64,000 nt of DNA from Klebsormidium nitens. Lineage: Eukaryota; Plantae; Klebsormidiophyceae. Position numbers and translations under genes: made by a program. The notes beneath the pieces are model-generated. The model was not told the DNA's origin. It saw only the letters and a program-made list of their open reading frames with translations, and did no database searches. How positions within the stretch are numbered: position 1 is the first letter of the stretch; each line of letters begins with the position of its first letter. Positions 58,736-64,000 of this stretch are shown here, one piece after another. Location of the stretch: assembly GCA_000708835.1 (NCBI GenBank), contig DF236971.1, forward strand, positions 124,001-188,000, in the 5' to 3' direction.

Positions 58736-60029
58736 ATGGGGAAGAGGTTGCTCAGAGTCAAAGCCGAACTCTTCGCATTGCAGGCTCACCTGCTGCAGTG
58801 ATTGGTCAGTTGGACGCTCGCTTCTGAATCTAGAGAAGAGCACTAAATTTAATCGGGACGCAGAAGATAGATTGGAAGGTTTCTCAGAATTGGCGGAACC
58901 GGGCTCTGCAAGAAGGATCGTTGACAGCTCTCGTCGTGCTTCAAAGATGACAGGGGTTGACGGAGCGAAGTCTGCACAGTAAGTCTTGCTGTCAGGATCT
59001 CTCCTAAGTTTGAAGGGATTGCATTGTTTATTCTGTTGTAAGTATATCGTTTTATGGTGGTTTCTTCGTATTGTCAATGCCCATATGCTCACACATGGAA
59101 AGATGGTGGACTCTTTGGATTGTCCATTGGCAAGATGCTTTCTCAAGCGACAATTTCCAGGAAGCTTCACTGTGAAGTTTTCCAGAATCTTCACTGTACC
59201 TGATTCTCTTTCCAAATTGCTGCAAGAGGAAAAATCTCTTACTTGCTGTTAACCAATTTCAAGTGTAAGCTTCGCCTTTTATGCAAGCAAGTTGGATAAC
59301 TTCCCATGATGCTCTTTCTGCTTCTGTTTCCCTTCAACGGTATGATCATGGATCTTGCAAATTTTCAGGCAAACTCTAAAATGTCATCCTTTTCACAAAG
59401 CTGCGTTACGGATCAAAGTTCAATAGAAGCATTTGTGCCGTTGCTTTCTGTGGAGCCTTGCGCCTATGCCAGGGCCCTCTATTGATGCTGAGGATCTGTA
59501 ACGATCAATGAGTCAGCTCTCACAGTAATCGTACTTTACAAGTCCAAAACATTGGCTGAAGAGGTTTCTTATGCATTGCAAAGAGCTTGACAGATTCATC
59601 TCAGCCTTCATTTTTACTCCATTATGCACGAGCGCTTGCACCAAAAAGCTCCAGAACAGAATTGGCCTGTTTGAGAAGCAAGCGATCTAGTTGAAAATAA
59701 AAGGGAGCACTGGATCCTTCGGTTTTCTCGGCTGTAGAGGGCCCCTGCGCATCATCATTGCATGAGCTTTAAAGCAGCACCTCATCCTCTACCTTCAAGA
59801 AGCTAGATCACACTGCCTGATGGGAGCAGCTGCAAGTCCAGCTTCTGTCCCCTAAACCTGTCAGATCAGCTTCTTCCACTGCAGCATACGTGTCTGTTCC
59901 TCTATATTCGTCTGAGTCCCTCAGCCATGGAGTCTGCCAATGTGTTGCCAATCCTGTAAGCGCTGTGGAGAGGCTCAGTCTTTGCACTGACCTTGTCTGT
60001 CACACACATCCATTGTGATTTTGATGCAG

Positions 60030-62960
60030 GCCTATCGCCAAGGATGCCAAGATCTATGTCGCTGGCCACCGGGGCCTTGTGGGGGCGGCCATTGTCAGGA
60101 GGCTGCAACAGGAGGGGTACAATAATCTGGTCATGAAGACGCACAAGGAGCTCGACCTGAAGCGGCAGGCGGACGTTGAGGCTTTTTTTGAGGCGGAGAA
60201 GCCGGCTGTGGTTGTGATCGCTGCGGCGAAAGTAGGGGGTAAGCGTGGCTGCGAGCAAGAATCCTCCTGGAATTGGTTTTACAGGGAGTGACTGGAGGAC
60301 ATATTCAGGACTGAAGTGACGGTGGAAATGAGGATTGATCAGCGGAAAAATGGTCAAGTTCCGGAGGGTGGATCCAAGCAACAAGTCTGTCAAGCCAGCT
60401 CAGAATCTGAAGGATGTCAAGCCATGAACTTTTGGCTCCTATCAGTGCGTCAATACTGTGTTACATCAGAGAAGTGTTGTAGTCATATCAACAGGTCTCA
60501 GCTGCAAAAGGCCTTCACTCTCGATGAATATCAATGGAGGCAAGCCCATTGACCAGTCAACTTAGTAACTCCGCTTTCCGCCCTGCAGGGATCCTTGCGA
60601 ACAGCACATACCCTGCTGACTTCATTGCTGACAACATCATGATCCAGACCAACTTGATCGACAGCGCCTACAAGTGAGTCACCGGACGTTTTTCAGCAGG
60701 ATTGATTTGATTGTCCTGGAAGTCGCAGAAGTGGGTTTCAGAGCCCTAGCCCTTGGCGGTGGAGCAATTCTCTGAGATGATCGATTACGAGAATTGTGCT
60801 CCGGGTATCAGAGAACTGAAGATTGATCTTCCTCTGGAGGCCAAGAGAGCTGGAGTAAGAGTCCCACTTAATTACTGAATTTGAACATACGCAATGCCTG
60901 GTGTTTGACAAGGTCTCTCAATCTCAAGACAACCTACACACCAAGGTAGTTGCCGGATCGAGGTTTTGAGCCAGCTGGAAAAGCTGATGCAGCGAACATA
61001 GCAGCACCTACGGAATCAGTGCAGAATCCGGGACTTCTTTCCGCGCACGCCAGATACTGTTCTATCATGTGGCCAACTTTTCTCCAAACGAAACTGGAAG
61101 GGGAATGGCGAGGAGCAGAATATCAACACTATCGACTTTTGTGCTACAGGAGCGGTGTCAAGAAGCTGCTCTTCCTTGGCTCCTCGTGCATCTACCCAAA
61201 GTTCGCCCCCCAGCCAATCAAGGAGGACGCTCTCCTGACCTCCCCCTTAGAGCCAACGAACGAGTGGTATGCGATCGCAAAGATTGCGGGGATCAAGATG
61301 TGCCAGGCATACCGCATCCAGTATGGCTTTGACGCCATCTCAGGTGGGTTGACCAGCCTTTACTAGGTTGTTATGGGACTCTAACCTGGTTTTGTGTCAG
61401 TGTTCACCACATTTTGTCCAAGTGTTACGCCAGTTGTCAGTATGAACACGTCCTGGCACACCAGACAAAGAAAAAGTGCAACCTTCTTGCCGTCGCAATC
61501 AGGCAAACCAGTTCCCGGTACGTTTCGACTGCAGGGCTTACTTGTGACTGCAAAGGTGTTCTGTCGGAAGTAGATAGCACCATCTTTGACAAGTATACCC
61601 GTAGATTCATTAGAAGAGGTTTCTGAGAAAGTTGATGGTGTCATTATACACGGAATGGCAGTGGACTTACGGGGCCTGCGGAGCCACGTTCAAGTCTGTA
61701 GTGCAGTGTAACGTCCAGTCATTCGGTCACACTAGCTTGTTTCAGCGTACCAGCTTGCAAGGTTCTCCACAATTCGTTCCAGCTCGCTCTGTAAGCGGAG
61801 AGCGTTCATGAATCACAAGTCTTAAGTTGCGTTTAGAAGCAAGGCGACTGGATCCTTGTTCCCTCAGAAGCAGGCCTCCGTTTGGCCCTTAAAATGGAGG
61901 TCAAAAGAGATTCTACAAGGGGTCGTTGACGACGAAAAGGCTTCGTCAATCCTGGGTGATCGAACTCATGAAAGAATCTTCATTCGTTGTCAAACCCGTG
62001 GCTCTGCGCTGGCATGCCCACCGACAATCACGTTCCTCTTGACATTCTTTCACGCCAGCAGGTTGGTCCTTCAGGCAAAGCACTGGAGTTGTGCGAAAGC
62101 GCGCCGACCAATCAGGGCGGTCAGCAAGTCCGAAACTCGACTCACTCCCCAACCCTGCGCAGGGATGCCCCCCAACCTGTACGGCCCTAACATCGGGTGT
62201 TTAGCAGATTCAAAACTTACCAAAGTCCGAACCCTGCGCAGGAATGCCCACCAAGCTATACGGCCCCACGAACAACTCTCAGCATGGCAACAGGGTCACT
62301 TAGTTCTTCGAGACAGAGCACGGAAACTCGCCGAAGGCATGGCGGTCAGCCCGAGTAGTCAGCAAACCCGAATCCTGACTTGATATTGTATCCTGCGCAG
62401 GCATGCCCACCAACTTGTACGGCACTCACGACAAATCTTGTCCTCGCAACATGGTCCCTTGACTCTTCGAGATAGAGCACCAAAAATCGCCAAAGGCATG
62501 CCGGTCAGCCCGGGTAGTCAGCGAATCCTGACTCGAAAACCTACCCTGCGCAGGCATGCCCACCAACCTGTACGGTCCCCACGACAACTCTCAATCACGG
62601 CAACATGGTCATTTAGCTAACCTCACCGAAACCCGCCGAAGGCATGGTGGTCAGCCCGGGTAGACAGCAAACCCGAATCCTAACCCAAAATCTGTATCCT
62701 GCACAGGCATGCCCACCAACCTGTACGGCCCCCACGACAACTTCCACCCCACCAACTCCCACGTCCTCCCCGCGCTCATCCGGCGCTTCCACGAGGCCAA
62801 GCGCGACGGGCTCAAGGAGGTCGTCTGCTGGGGGACCGGGTCCCCGCTGCGCGAGTTCCTGCATGTGGATGACCTGGCGGACGCGACGGTGTTCCTGCTC
62901 AACAACTACAGCGACTTGGAGCACGTCAACATGGGCAGCGGCTCCGAAGTTACCATCAAG
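60030..62960 (+). CDS. GER: GDP-L-fucose synthase (GDP-4-keto-6-deoxy-D-mannose 3,5-epimerase/4-reductase), partial; exons 60030-60238, 60589-60673, 61150-61343, 62707-62960; possible 11-nt first exon 58736-58746; 3' exons beyond window
   Basis: [86 protein letters not shown] and [19 protein letters not shown]; in-frame GT-AG junctions. Confidence 0.95.
61990..62745 (+). repeat. Tandem ~153 bp array copying the acceptor and first ~35 nt of the [15 protein letters not shown] exon
   Basis: Copies start at about 62012 (AG lost), 62163, 62242, 62401 and 62554; the functional exon starts at 62707. Confidence 0.9.
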
Positions 62961-64000
62961 GTACGTGTCCGGTTTTGCGTCTTGGCTTCCGGAGTGTGGC
63001 TTTGGTTTGGGGGTCCGGTTCGGGGTGTGGGGTGCAGGGAGCGGTTGGCTGGGATCGGGAGTGGAGATCCGGGGATTTGGAGTCTCAAGAGCGACCGAGG
63101 ATTCAATATGCAATCTGGGCGTGGATCTGGGGTTTGTGCTTCTCGGCGTGTCGACCTTTGGCCCACTTGAGTGTTTCATGCTGACTGGCAGTCCTTGGTT
63201 TCGGTGCTCGAGTATGGGCTTTTCTCAACTCGTGTTGTCGGAAGAAGTCCCACGTGACGCCGTGGTCCAGCTAGGGAAGCGGGAGTTTCAAGCTGGGGTT
63301 TCGCGGGCTTGGTCGGGCCTTTTAGTCCGGGTGCAAGCGAAAATGCTGGATCAATACTTAGTCCGGGCTTCTTTGCGGCTCTCCTTTATTTTGGAGAGTA
63401 CTTGGAGTCCGCTTTCGAGTTTCACTTACCCAACTTTGAGCCTCAAGGTATGAGTATTCCGACGTGCGGATCTGGGATTGCCATGTCATCGGACCTTGTA
63501 TTTAAATCCTGGGTCCGGGGACGGCATTAATTAATGTTCTCAGAGATTGGTCTAAGGTGGCGCTTAATACCATGCGCTTCATCCGTGTTTTGAGACTCGA
63601 AACCGGGAACGGGCTAGTATCCCCATGCATTCCCCTGGTCGCGGGGGCACAAAATTTGAACGAATCATCCCCCGTGAAGCCCTTGCTTGGAAGCTCACAT
63701 CAAGCTCTGGCTCTAGATAAATGGAGACGTTCGAGTCAACCAGCAATCAAGTAATCCTGAGAAACTCTGCTATGAACAATTGAGCGGAAAGGTCGGCACT
63801 GGTGCTATTTTGTCTGCCAGCTGTTTGGATGGCCGATTTTGCTCTGGTTCTCGATTTCAACGTGTATCTGTGTGTGGCAGCCAGTTATCTGCAGTCTTAC
63901 TTTAAACTGTAGGGCTATGGTCGTTATGGGCCATGCTGACGTTTCCGCTTGTCTTTGTGTTGGGATCCCCATTTCCCCTCGTGACTGGCTGCACGGCTGA

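Noticed and set aside
62961-63490. Possible donor-side echoes of the GER exon (GSGVEIR, NMQSG, EYLES segments)
   Set aside because: Similarity is too weak against a G/T-rich low-complexity background to support by eye.

Overview
Intron-rich eukaryotic genomic DNA with GT-AG introns and the standard code. The plant-type gene set suggests a streptophyte green alga such as Klebsormidium (inference only). Six genes were reconstructed by hand, in strictly alternating orientation. (1) A PAO/ACD1-like Rieske oxygenase (minus strand, runs off the left edge). (2) A giant ~26.5-kb plus-strand gene of at least 45 exons and about 2,500 aa. It is built from 40 consecutive phase-1/phase-1 exons: a Thr-rich exon, 13 Gly-rich repeat exons, two unique exons, 12 copies of an unassigned ~60-aa domain alternating with 11 linker exons, and a KPAEP repeat exon. 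It ends in two DUF642/choice-of-anchor-C-like domains. (3) A MATE transporter (minus). (4) Ureidoglycolate amidohydrolase, UAH (plus). (5) Ureidoglycine aminohydrolase, UGlyAH (minus), tail-to-tail with UAH, so two consecutive ureide-catabolism enzymes are neighbours. (6) GDP-L-fucose synthase (plus, runs off the right edge). The most unusual non-coding signal recurs in three unrelated genes: tandem ~120-155 bp arrays, each copying a real splice junction (intron end plus exon start, or exon end plus intron start). These arrays stack decoy splice sites beside the functional exon and usually diverge more with distance from it. There are two assembly gaps. No rRNA, tRNA, CRISPR array or recognisable transposase was seen. 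All coordinates are hand-derived; no database searches were run.
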